Assembly (NCBI GenBank): GCA_048938105.1
Contig: JBHLMN010000010.1
Location: 64,001 to 128,000 of the forward strand
Reading direction: 5' to 3'
Length of the DNA: 64,000 bases
From: Promethearchaeota archaeon
GTDB taxonomy: Archaea > Asgardarchaeota > Heimdallarchaeia > Hodarchaeales > Hodarchaeaceae
In this document: positions 1-8,795 of the stretch, piece by piece
Numbering within the stretch: position 1 is the first letter of the stretch
Layout of the letters: the number at the start of each line of letters is the position of its first letter
The notes under the pieces: model-generated
The model's input: the letters and a program-made list of their open reading frames with translations, nothing else
The model's database searches: none
Told to the model about the DNA's origin: nothing
Position numbers and translations under genes: made by a program

Positions 1-1457
1 CCAATACTAAGCTGATATGATAATGGAATACTAAAAGGTGTGATTCTTTCCACTGGAATAACTGTAACATCATCTCGATCCTCTAAAGGTGTGTCTATTA
101 TCATTAGCTTGATCACCCGAATATAGTAGAAGATTGAGATGGCACTATTAATGATTCCAATTATAGCTAACCAAACAAGGTTTGCATATATAGCTGCAAA
201 AAATAGTAATACCTTAGAAACAAAACCAGCTAACGGGGGAATGCCCAAAAGGCTTAACAATGCGATTGTTAAACCAAAAGTTAACCATGGGTGTTTTTTT
301 CTTAAACCTACATAATCTTCGATCTTCTCACTATGAATAGAAAACGTAATAACAATCACTGCTGTAAAAGCAACGATTTTCATCAATGCATGAGTGAGGA
401 TATGCATCTCAGCGGCAGCAATAGAAAATTCTGCAACAGAAAAGTCTAGATTTCCAATAACTGAAGAGATTGGGCTACTGGTCGCTGCAGCTAATGCAAT
501 GAGAATATACCCTGCGTGGGCAATACTAGAATAAGCTAACATTCTTTTAATATTCTCTTGGACTAAAGCGACTACATTTCCTAAAGTCATTGTGAGAATT
601 GCAAGTAATGCAAACAAATAACCCCAAATAACATCTATTTCAGTCAGACCAGCAACAATAATACGGAATACAGCTACAAAACCTAGAGCTTTGGATCCTG
701 CTGCTAAAAAGGTTGTAATGGTTGTAGGTGTTCCCTGATATACATCAACAGCCCATGCATGAAATGGAACAACAGCCATCTTGTATCCAAAACCAACTAA
801 TAAGAACATCAAAGCAAGAAGGTGAAATGGGGAGTAGTCTGAAGTATCTGCAAACTTCATAATGACCCGATCAATGCTTGTTGAACCCACAATCCCATAA
901 ACTAATGAGATACCAAACAGTATAAAGGCTGAAGACATGGCACCAATTAGAAATAATTTCAAGGCACTCTCACCGGTTTCTGGTCGGCTTTTCTGAAAAG
1001 CTGCTAAAGCATATACAGGAAGACTTCCCAATTCCCATGCAACAAACAAGATTAATAGATCATTTGCTGCAGCAACCAACAACATTCCAATCGTTGCAAA
1101 TATCAAAAGAATATAATATATTCCTACATTCTTTTCGGAATTCATATAATCAATACTCGATGTTGAAACAAATAGCAACACTATAAGAAAGATAATGGCA
1201 AAAAAACGAGAGAAATTATCTATAACAAAAAGACCTGTTGTACTTGAAATGTCAAAGAGGTTAGCTGCATTCCCAAATACATAAACGATACCAGTATCTA
1301 TCCCGATAATTATGTAATATAAGGAAAAAAGACTTCCTATTATGGTAACAGGTGCAAAAATTCTGTGATCCATATCGAAAGCTTCTAGGACTATACAAAT
1401 AATGATAGTTCCAATTAACGATAAAAAAGGAAAAAATATAACCAGGGGATCACTCAT
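1..1457 (-). CDS. nuoN: NADH:quinone oxidoreductase-like subunit N (antiporter-like); 3' end runs off the window
   Basis: Not in the ORF track. Translated by hand from ATG at 1457: MSDPLVIFFPFLSL...LILFVAWELGSLPVYALAAF...ESALKLFLIGAMSSAFILFGISLVYG...GYKMAVVPFHAWAVDVYQGTPT...NIKRMLAYSSIAHAGY. It follows nuoM and has GGTGA upstream. Confidence 0.93.
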   Translation of the reverse strand, partial: MSDPLVIFFPFLSLIGTIIICIVLEAFDMDHRIFAPVTIIGSLFSLYYIIIGIDTGIVYVFGNAANLFDISSTTGLFVIDNFSRFFAIIFLIVLLFVSTSSIDYMNSEKNVGIYYILLIFATIGMLLVAAANDLLILFVAWELGSLPVYALAAFQKSRPETGESALKLFLIGAMSSAFILFGISLVYGIVGSTSIDRVIMKFADTSDYSPFHLLALMFLLVGFGYKMAVVPFHAWAVDVYQGTPTTITTFLAAGSKALGFVAVFRIIVAGLTEIDVIWGYLFALLAILTMTLGNVVALVQENIKRMLAYSSIAHAGYILIALAAATSSPISSVIGNLDFSVAEFSIAAAEMHILTHALMKIVAFTAVIVITFSIHSEKIEDYVGLRKKHPWLTFGLTIALLSLLGIPPLAGFVSKVLLFFAAIYANLVWLAIIGIINSAISIFYYIRVIKLMIIDTPLEDRDDVTVIPVERITPFSIPLSYQLSI

Positions 1458-1493
1458 GGATTCAATTCACCTTGATTTTTCACTTTTTATATT

Positions 1494-3011
1494 TCAGATT
1501 GGCCAATTTGCAGTTGCCATTAAATCCAATAAAAGTGCTGGAAATACTCCAAGTAGTAATGTAAAGAAACATAGAAATCCAAAGACGGCATATTGAGACC
1601 AGTGTGATATATCGTGCACATGTTCTAATTCAGGATTGACATCACCAAATACTGTCCTTTGTAACAACCATAAATAATATGCTGCGGTAAAAATAATCCC
1701 GAGGACTCCAATGAAAGCTAATCCTCTGCCAAATTCACCCCAATTGAACAAAGCAACAAAAGCAAGCAATTCAGACCAAAATCCAGCTAAACCTGGTAAG
1801 CCAGCACTAGCAAACGATCCATAAACCATGACTCCCGCAGTCACAGGCATATTCTTAGCTATCCCTTTAAGTTTGGGTATATCTCGAGTGTGTGCAGCAT
1901 GTCCAATAGTACCAGCAACAAAGAACATTAGGGGAGAGATGATTCCATGGGCAATTTGCATGTACATTGCACCAGCGAATCCTATAGGGGATTGAGTTGC
2001 ACATCCAAGAAGAACAATTCCCATGTGGCCAACTGACGAATAAGCAACAAGACTTTTCATATCAACTTGACGAAGAGCTACCCAAGCCCCATATAATAAT
2101 GAAATCAATCCAATAATAGCAACTAACCAGGCAAACTCTGATAAAGCATCAGGTAAGAACCAACCACCCATTCTCAACAGGCCATAACCACCCATTTTCA
2201 GGAGTAATCCAGCAAGAATCATTGAACCTGGTGTTGGAGCTTCAACGTGAGCTAAGGGTAACCAAGTATGGAATGGAACGCTGGGTACTTTCACTATAAA
2301 ACCAAATAATAAGGCTAGAAAGATCAATAGAACAAATGGCTCTGCTCCAAATTGGTCAGCCATATTAGTTAACTCAGTAAATGAAAAAGTGCCAATACCT
2401 GTTCCAGTATATTTTGATGATTCTAACCAAAGACCTATTATACCTAAAATCATGACTAAAGACGCAACATGTGTATAAATAAAGAAGTATAATGCTGCAT
2501 ATTCCTTTTTAGGACCACCCCAAATCCCGATGAGGAAAAACATTGGAACCAAGACTAATTCCCAAGCAACATAAAATATGATGAAATCTGTTGCAAGAAA
2601 TGTTCCAATGAGGCCTGTTTCAAGAAGCATTATCATTGCATAATATGCGGGTTCTCTCTCATGAATTTCTTTGAATGAAGCCAGGACTGCTACTAAGAAT
2701 ACAAACCCACTTAATAAAACCAATGGTAAGCTTAATCCATCAACTCCTAGCGAATAACTCATTCCAATAGCTTCAATCCAAGGAATTTCTTCTATTAAAT
2801 CCCAACTACCAGTAGGAGGTTGTTCATACATCATTAAGGCTATAATGGCTAAAACCATGACAACAGCACTGATGATAAATGCAAACCACTTTGAAAGCTC
2901 ATTACGGACACGTCCTACTAACCATGTTGGAAATGCTGCCAAAATTGGAAGTAAGAAGATCAGAGATAGTATTCCGATATTGAGATCACCAAAACTTAAT
3001 TGTGTCAACAT
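1494..3011 (-). CDS. nuoM: Complex I-like subunit M
   Basis: LGVDGLS, FYVAWELVLVPMFFLIGIWGG, VKVPSVPFHTWLPLAHVEAPT, LLKMGGYG, AYSSVGHMG motifs. Confidence 0.96.
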   Translation of the reverse strand: MLTQLSFGDLNIGILSLIFLLPILAAFPTWLVGRVRNELSKWFAFIISAVVMVLAIIALMMYEQPPTGSWDLIEEIPWIEAIGMSYSLGVDGLSLPLVLLSGFVFLVAVLASFKEIHEREPAYYAMIMLLETGLIGTFLATDFIIFYVAWELVLVPMFFLIGIWGGPKKEYAALYFFIYTHVASLVMILGIIGLWLESSKYTGTGIGTFSFTELTNMADQFGAEPFVLLIFLALLFGFIVKVPSVPFHTWLPLAHVEAPTPGSMILAGLLLKMGGYGLLRMGGWFLPDALSEFAWLVAIIGLISLLYGAWVALRQVDMKSLVAYSSVGHMGIVLLGCATQSPIGFAGAMYMQIAHGIISPLMFFVAGTIGHAAHTRDIPKLKGIAKNMPVTAGVMVYGSFASAGLPGLAGFWSELLAFVALFNWGEFGRGLAFIGVLGIIFTAAYYLWLLQRTVFGDVNPELEHVHDISHWSQYAVFGFLCFFTLLLGVFPALLLDLMATANWPI

Positions 3012-3044
3012 TTGTCTTCAACCTTTATTCTTTTTTTCCTTCTT

Positions 3045-3266
3045 TTAGAGGGGTATCACCCCTGCTACAATAATCGCAATTAATATAAGAGAAACCGCCC
3101 CTAATAGAGTATAGAGAGCATAATTTTCTACTACTCCTGTTTGTATTCGACGTAAATAACCCCCTGTTTTCATAACTCCTTTAGCTGAGTTTCGAATAAT
3201 ACCATGATCAATTACTTTTTCTAGAATTCGTTGAATACCTCTAGCAAATATTGTTGATTCAGACAT
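3045..3266 (-). CDS. Stand-alone NuoL C-terminal segment (end of lateral amphipathic helix plus terminal TM helix)
   Basis: IDHGII...GGYLRRIQTGVVENYALYTLLGAVSLIL matches the NuoL C-terminal pattern (D.ivng....g..l...QtG....Y). It occupies the nuoL position between nuoK and nuoM and has its own ATG and purine-rich leader. Confidence 0.8.
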   Translation of the reverse strand: MSESTIFARGIQRILEKVIDHGIIRNSAKGVMKTGGYLRRIQTGVVENYALYTLLGAVSLILIAIIVAGVIPL

Positions 3267-3281
3267 GAGTAATTCTTCCTT

Positions 3282-3596
3282 CTAACCTTTAAGTTCAACA
3301 AAATCTGTAGCATCTATTGTCCCGTGTGTTCGAAAGATCGATAAAATTATCCCAAGGCCAACGGCTGCCTCCGCTGCTGCCAATGCAATGCTGATAATAA
3401 CAGCCACATGCCCAGTGACAAAAGTAACATCATTATATAATGCAAAAATGGCAAAATTAATGTTAGCAGAGTTTATCATAATTTCAATTGATATCAACAT
3501 TCGTACTGCTGATTGAGACTTAATGAACCCTGCGAAACCAATCAAGAATAAAATAAGGGCAATTCCAACAAAAATCCAAGCATCTAAGTCAATCAT
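3282..3596 (-). CDS. nuoK: Complex I-like subunit K
   Basis: MLISIEIMINSANINF and ALAAAEAAVGLGI motifs. Confidence 0.95.
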   Translation of the reverse strand: MIDLDAWIFVGIALILFLIGFAGFIKSQSAVRMLISIEIMINSANINFAIFALYNDVTFVTGHVAVIISIALAAAEAAVGLGIILSIFRTHGTIDATDFVELKG

Positions 3597-4156
3597 ATAT
3601 CTTCTACCTCTTTTTTAACTAGATAAACACTACCAAGCATTGCTGCAAGTAAAAGGAATCCTAACACTAATATTGTCCCCCCATGAACCGTGAATAACAT
3701 CTCAGCCACATCTCCTATTAGATCTATTTCACTAGGTTTGTTGGTCGGATTTTGCCTCAGGTTTTGCCAAAATATAGGACTGACTTGTGAAAGTACAAAA
3801 AGTGCGATGATAAGTAGAATAAATCCCCCCGCAAAACTTAATCGCCAATCTAATAATTTCAAACCTTTTTGTTCCTCGTACATGGCTTCTTTTCCCGAAA
3901 GAGTAATCGCAAAAACAATTAACACAGTGATTCCTCCAGCATATACAATCATCTGAATAACTAAGAGAAGAGATGACTCAGCATATAGCAAAAAAATCAT
4001 GGCAACCCCCAATAAGGTGAATACTAGCCAGAGTACTGCATGGTAGACACTTTTAACTGTAACGGCTAAGAATGCAGAACCTATAGTATATCCAATTAAT
4101 ATAAAGAAAAATAATAATTCTAGAGTTTGAAATAACTCGTTAGGAATTAAAGTCAT
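3593..4156 (-). CDS. nuoJ: Complex I-like subunit J
   Basis: QMIVYAGGITVLIVFAITL motif; position in operon. Confidence 0.93.
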   Translation of the reverse strand: MTLIPNELFQTLELLFFFILIGYTIGSAFLAVTVKSVYHAVLWLVFTLLGVAMIFLLYAESSLLLVIQMIVYAGGITVLIVFAITLSGKEAMYEEQKGLKLLDWRLSFAGGFILLIIALFVLSQVSPIFWQNLRQNPTNKPSEIDLIGDVAEMLFTVHGGTILVLGFLLLAAMLGSVYLVKKEVEDI

Positions 4157-4785
4157 TTTAAATCATCCTCTTCCTTATTCTTAGAAGTTAAAAACTCCCC
4201 AATTGATTTTCCATATGTTTCTACATACTCTTGTTGTTGTAATTCATGTTCTTTGGGGTAATATAACTTATAAACATCGTATAAATCTAAATAAGTGTAA
4301 TATAATTCTTCTTTATTTGAAGTAGCCCCATCAAATCCAGCTGAATGATGTAAAGCTTCATACCTACACGCTTCGACACAAAAGCCACAATACATACATC
4401 GTCCGATAAATATCTGAGGAGATTCTAATGGCCTCTTCTTTTCCCAGTGAGGTGGTTGAGGATCTAGTAGCTTCATTTCTATGCATTTATTGGGACAAGC
4501 TCTTTCACAGGCTTTACAACCAGTGCAATTCATAAGATTTAAAGCTATTAATCCACGAAAATTAGGCGAAATATGGGGAGTGTGACTGAAAACGTCCGAA
4601 AGGGATAGATCTCTATCTAAAACTGTTTGTCCTTTTTTAGCGAGTTCTTTTGGAAAATAAATTGTATTTTTGTTTCTACGGTCACCATCAGGTATAGTAA
4701 TTGGTTTTTTTAAGAAGACATGTCGGAAGATATAAGCCAACGGACGCGTAATAAATAAATTTGGGATATAACGAAAATTTACCAT
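4153..4785 (-). CDS. nuoI: Complex I-like subunit I (2x[4Fe-4S])
   Basis: FRG, CTGCKACERACP, GRCMYCGFCVEAC. Confidence 0.93.
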   Translation of the reverse strand: MVNFRYIPNLFITRPLAYIFRHVFLKKPITIPDGDRRNKNTIYFPKELAKKGQTVLDRDLSLSDVFSHTPHISPNFRGLIALNLMNCTGCKACERACPNKCIEMKLLDPQPPHWEKKRPLESPQIFIGRCMYCGFCVEACRYEALHHSAGFDGATSNKEELYYTYLDLYDVYKLYYPKEHELQQQEYVETYGKSIGEFLTSKNKEEDDLK

Positions 4786-5955
4786 TTAAGAAATCGCTCC
4801 GAAAAATTGGGGATAGTACAGCATAACGAATACAATATAGACTATATTTAGAATTGCTAGCGGAATTAATCCCTTCCATCCAATATCTAGTAACTGGTCT
4901 GGTCTTACCCTTGGTAATGAAGCACGTACCCAGATATACAAGAAAGCGAATACCCACAACTTCACTAAAATAATCATAAAAGCAAGAAGATGAATTGTCT
5001 CAATTTCAGACTTAAAGAGATTAAAAGGTAAATAAGGCCCTCCCCAAAAGAGAAAGACCCCTATAAATGCCCCGATCAAGAGGATAAAATATTCAGTCGC
5101 CATAGACATCATATATCGAAAACCAGTAAGTTCAGTTCGCCAACCCATAACTAATTCTGCCTCAGCTTCAGGAATATCAAATGGAACTCTCTCTGTTTCT
5201 GCTGTTAATGCAGCCATGAAGACAAAAAATCCTATAGGCATCAGAATAGCAAAAGGAAAAAGTAGATCAGATTGTTGTTTAGAAATTTCAATAAATGAGA
5301 AAGAGTTGGTCACTAATACGACAGATGCAATAGAGAGCATCAGTGGAATCTCGTAACTAATCATTTGAACAGCTGATCGAAATCCTCCTATGAGAGAATA
5401 TTTATTGTTTGAAGACCATCCTGTGATAAGTACACCAACAGGATATAAAGAAAAAAGAGCAAATATGAGTAAGAAACCTACAGCAGGATCAGCAACTACC
5501 AAAGATGCCCCTAAGGGTAGTAATGCCCCTAGTATGAATGGAGGAGCTACTATGAATGCAAAAAACCCAACATTAAAAGGAAATTTGTCTGCTTTTTCGG
5601 GTACAATATCTTCCTTGGAGAAAAATTTCAGGAACTCGGCAATATTCTGTAATAATCCAAATTTCCATGTTCTGCCGAAGATATGACCATAGTTAAAATC
5701 GATAAAGACTGGTCCTCGTGCTGTCCAAGCCCTTCCTGACGAAATCTTTCTTTCTAACCAGATTAACATAATTGTATTGACAATTAAAAATACAAGGATA
5801 GTTGTCATTTCCAGTGAATCGATTAAAAATGATCTTATTGGGCCTACCTGTTCGTCGGGAATAAGTCCGAAATCAAGTAAAATTGGTACGATCCCTGGCC
5901 AGAAATCCAAGCCATCAACAAGCCAATCATATAAACCATAACCCATAATCTTCAC
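4786..5955 (-). CDS. nuoH: Complex I-like subunit H (start probably ATG 5946)
   Basis: WLERK, GWSSNNKYSLIGGFRSAVQMISYE, ETERVPFDIPEAEAELV, RASLPRVRPDQL. Confidence 0.96.
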   Translation of the reverse strand: MKIMGYGLYDWLVDGLDFWPGIVPILLDFGLIPDEQVGPIRSFLIDSLEMTTILVFLIVNTIMLIWLERKISSGRAWTARGPVFIDFNYGHIFGRTWKFGLLQNIAEFLKFFSKEDIVPEKADKFPFNVGFFAFIVAPPFILGALLPLGASLVVADPAVGFLLIFALFSLYPVGVLITGWSSNNKYSLIGGFRSAVQMISYEIPLMLSIASVVLVTNSFSFIEISKQQSDLLFPFAILMPIGFFVFMAALTAETERVPFDIPEAEAELVMGWRTELTGFRYMMSMATEYFILLIGAFIGVFLFWGGPYLPFNLFKSEIETIHLLAFMIILVKLWVFAFLYIWVRASLPRVRPDQLLDIGWKGLIPLAILNIVYIVFVMLYYPQFFGAIS

Positions 5956-7062
5956 CTATCGGTCTATTTCTCCCATGCAAAGGTCTATACTTGCAACAGT
6001 AGGAGCTATATCTGCCACTTTAGCCCCTTTAAGAATATAATTACATATTGCTAAATTGGAATAAGCAGGAGATTTTATCTTCACGCGATAAGGAACTTGA
6101 TCGTCATTCCCAATAATGTAAAAAGCACCTTCTCCACGGGGATCTTCTGTTCGAAAGTAAACATCCCCGTTAGGTAACTTTCGAGGAGGTTTTTGGTATA
6201 TTTCCCCTTCCGAAGGTATTTGATCGAGTGCCTGCCGAATTATCCTAATAGATTGAAACATCTCTTCCATTCGAATCTCATATCGAGCATAGCAATCTCC
6301 AGCAGTACGCACCGGAATATCAAATTCAAGTTCATCATATACTAAATATGGTTCAATCTTCCGTATATCAGCCTGAATTCCTGAAGCACGTAAAACAGGA
6401 CCAGTAACACCAAGATTTAACGCGTCATTTTTAGTTATGATTCCCACTTTCTCACTCCGGAGCATAAACACCTTTGAGTCATCCAAGATAGCCCGATATT
6501 CCTTTAATCGTTCTTCAAGATAATGAGTGAGATTGTAACAGTCTTCTTTGAATCCATGTGGTAGATCACCACGTAATCCCCCTGCAGTGAAGTAATTATA
6601 CATCATTCGGGAACCAGTAACATGTTCTAAGAGATCTAATACGTATTCTCTTTCCCGATATGCGATAACTAACATGGTTACTACTCCGACATCAGTAGAA
6701 TAAGCTGAAAGCCAGGTCAAGTGAGAAGCAATTCGTTGAAGTTCTAACATGATTGTACGAATATATTGAGCCCGTTTACTCACCACAACTCCCATTAACT
6801 TCTCAACAGCCATAGTATAACTAGCCTCCCAACTCATCGCTGAAACGTAACAGAGGCGGTTTGTTAAGGGTTGAAAAGCATTATAGGGACGTGACTCGGC
6901 AATTTTTTCAATCATCCTAAAAACATAACCAATTAACACCTCTGCATCAATTACAAGTTCACCTGCAGTCTTTACTTTCAAAGTCCACAAGCCATGATTT
7001 ACTGGGTGCTGAGGGCCCATATGGATGTACATCTGTTCACTCATGATAATTATAACTCCCAT
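5956..7062 (-). CDS. nuoD: Complex I-like subunit D (start probably the internal Met of MSEQ)
   Basis: MGPQHP..HG, ELQRIASHL, GDCYARY..RMEEM.QS, EDPRGE, C-terminal DLCMGEIDR. No CxxC pairs, so not a NiFe hydrogenase. Confidence 0.95.
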   Translation of the reverse strand: MGVIIIMSEQMYIHMGPQHPVNHGLWTLKVKTAGELVIDAEVLIGYVFRMIEKIAESRPYNAFQPLTNRLCYVSAMSWEASYTMAVEKLMGVVVSKRAQYIRTIMLELQRIASHLTWLSAYSTDVGVVTMLVIAYREREYVLDLLEHVTGSRMMYNYFTAGGLRGDLPHGFKEDCYNLTHYLEERLKEYRAILDDSKVFMLRSEKVGIITKNDALNLGVTGPVLRASGIQADIRKIEPYLVYDELEFDIPVRTAGDCYARYEIRMEEMFQSIRIIRQALDQIPSEGEIYQKPPRKLPNGDVYFRTEDPRGEGAFYIIGNDDQVPYRVKIKSPAYSNLAICNYILKGAKVADIAPTVASIDLCMGEIDR

Positions 7063-7571
7063 TATTTAGGATGAGGTTTGAAAGAAAAAGGTTTTTCAGG
7101 TAATTGATAATTACGGCGCATGGGATGCAGTTCTGAAATGTGTTTATGCTCATAATCATCCCATTCTTCAGGAAGAAGTAACCGTTTTAAATTCGGATGA
7201 TTTTTTATGTTTATTCCAAAAAGATCAAACAGTTCTCGTTCGTGCCAATTTGCAGATTCCCATATAGGAGTTATTGTTGGGATGGCTGGGTTTTCTCGGT
7301 CACTAACCTTGACATGAACTTGTAAAACTGTTGGATCACCATCCCATCTATCAATATGGTAGACTACCTCAAAATATGTTTCATAATCTACTCCTGAAAT
7401 CGCTTCTAAGGATGTAAATTTTAACTCTGAAGCAATATATCTCATAATATCTACCAAATCATCTACAGGGATTTGTAACCGAATACGATGAGACTCAGAT
7501 ATTTCTGCTATTGATAATTTTGTATCAAATCTCTCTTTCAATTGTTTTAGATGATTCTCTGTAACAGACAT
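7062..7571 (-). CDS. nuoC: Complex I-like subunit C
   Basis: ANWHERELFDLFGI...HPNLKRLLLP...HPMRR. Confidence 0.95.
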   Translation of the reverse strand: MSVTENHLKQLKERFDTKLSIAEISESHRIRLQIPVDDLVDIMRYIASELKFTSLEAISGVDYETYFEVVYHIDRWDGDPTVLQVHVKVSDRENPAIPTITPIWESANWHERELFDLFGINIKNHPNLKRLLLPEEWDDYEHKHISELHPMRRNYQLPEKPFSFKPHPK

Positions 7572-8269
7572 TATTTTGCCTCTTTTAATAGCTTTTTACG
7601 ACGTAATCGTAAATCAATCATTGGGGGATCCCGTTCATAAAATTCTCTAGGCTCCTCAAGCAATGGTTCAGGTATGAAAACTCCGTCTGATCTTATTTTT
7701 TCTTGGAGGCGATGTATCCCAGCCCACATGGCCTCTGGACGAGGAGGACATCCAGGAACATATACATCTACTGGAATTACCTGATCTGCACCTTCTAGAA
7801 TGGTCGGTGCCTGCCAGAATGGTCCTCCAGAAATTGCGCATTCACCAGTCGCTAAAACCCATTTAGGAGCTGGCATTTGATCGTAGACATCCCGAAGGCG
7901 GGGAATGAATTTTATACTTACAGGACCATTAAGCCATAATAGATCACAATGCCTAGGGCTAGCTCGAGCTAAAATTCCAATCCGTTGAGTATCATAGCGA
8001 CTAGCCATTGTTGCACCCATTTCTATGGCACAACATTTCATTCCAATATATACAGGATAAAGGCTACATCTCTGAGCCCAATTACGAAGCCAATTGATCA
8101 TAACAGTTACAAAATTTCGTGAATGTGCTAAGACTACATTAGGCATTGGTTCATAAATCTCTAATTCTCCCAGCTCTTCACATTCCTTCTTGATTCCCCA
8201 GGTTTTTTGACGTGATGTATGGAAATATGATTTTAATCGATCCATTTTCGACATAATTCTTACACCCAC
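7571..8269 (-). CDS. nuoB: Complex I-like subunit B
   Basis: CCAIE tandem Cys, RASPRHCD, QMPAPKWV...GECA..GG, PVDVYVPGCPPRPE. Confidence 0.96.
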   Translation of the reverse strand: MGVRIMSKMDRLKSYFHTSRQKTWGIKKECEELGELEIYEPMPNVVLAHSRNFVTVMINWLRNWAQRCSLYPVYIGMKCCAIEMGATMASRYDTQRIGILARASPRHCDLLWLNGPVSIKFIPRLRDVYDQMPAPKWVLATGECAISGGPFWQAPTILEGADQVIPVDVYVPGCPPRPEAMWAGIHRLQEKIRSDGVFIPEPLLEEPREFYERDPPMIDLRLRRKKLLKEAK

Positions 8270-8721
8270 TTCATTGTTCCTTTTTTCATCCAGAAGAACA
8301 ACCCAATTAAGATAAATGAGGCAAATACAGCCATAATAAAAATTACAGAATATAATATTTGAATAGAATATTCTTCTTTAATGATTTGGAAAGCATAAGC
8401 CCAGAGGAGAAAGAAAATGGTTAAGATATCAAAAAGCACAAATACGACTGCAAAGGTAAAGAATTGAGCATTGAATCGAACTTGGGCATCTCCAATTGGT
8501 TTCTCTCCGCACTCATAAGTCGTAGTTGCCGCTTTTAAGCGTGGAATATTGGGTGCCAAAAGATATTGTACAATCTTAATGACAATAGGACTTGCGAGCC
8601 CTGCTACAAGAAAGATTCCAAAATGAGTTAGTTGAAGATCAATCATGTGATATCCCATCATTGAATATGTTTTTCTTTCAGGTTGGAGTACATCGGGGCA
8701 CTGAATTATGATAATCCGCAA
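8260..8721 (-). CDS. nuoA: Complex I-like subunit A (true start likely a downstream Met)
   Basis: TYECGEKPIG, FFTFAVVFVLFDI, C-terminal KKGTMKW. Confidence 0.93.
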   Translation of the reverse strand: MRIIIIQCPDVLQPERKTYSMMGYHMIDLQLTHFGIFLVAGLASPIVIKIVQYLLAPNIPRLKAATTTYECGEKPIGDAQVRFNAQFFTFAVVFVLFDILTIFFLLWAYAFQIIKEEYSIQILYSVIFIMAVFASFILIGLFFWMKKGTMKWV

Positions 8722-8795
8722 AAAGTGGTGGTTATTTATAATTTTGTCTTACTTACCCATCAAACGTAAACATTGTAGACATTCATTTATTAATC

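Noticed and set aside
5956-8269. Group 4 NiFe hydrogenase
   Set aside because: The large subunit lacks both CxxC motifs and the small subunit has the NuoB-type tandem CC.
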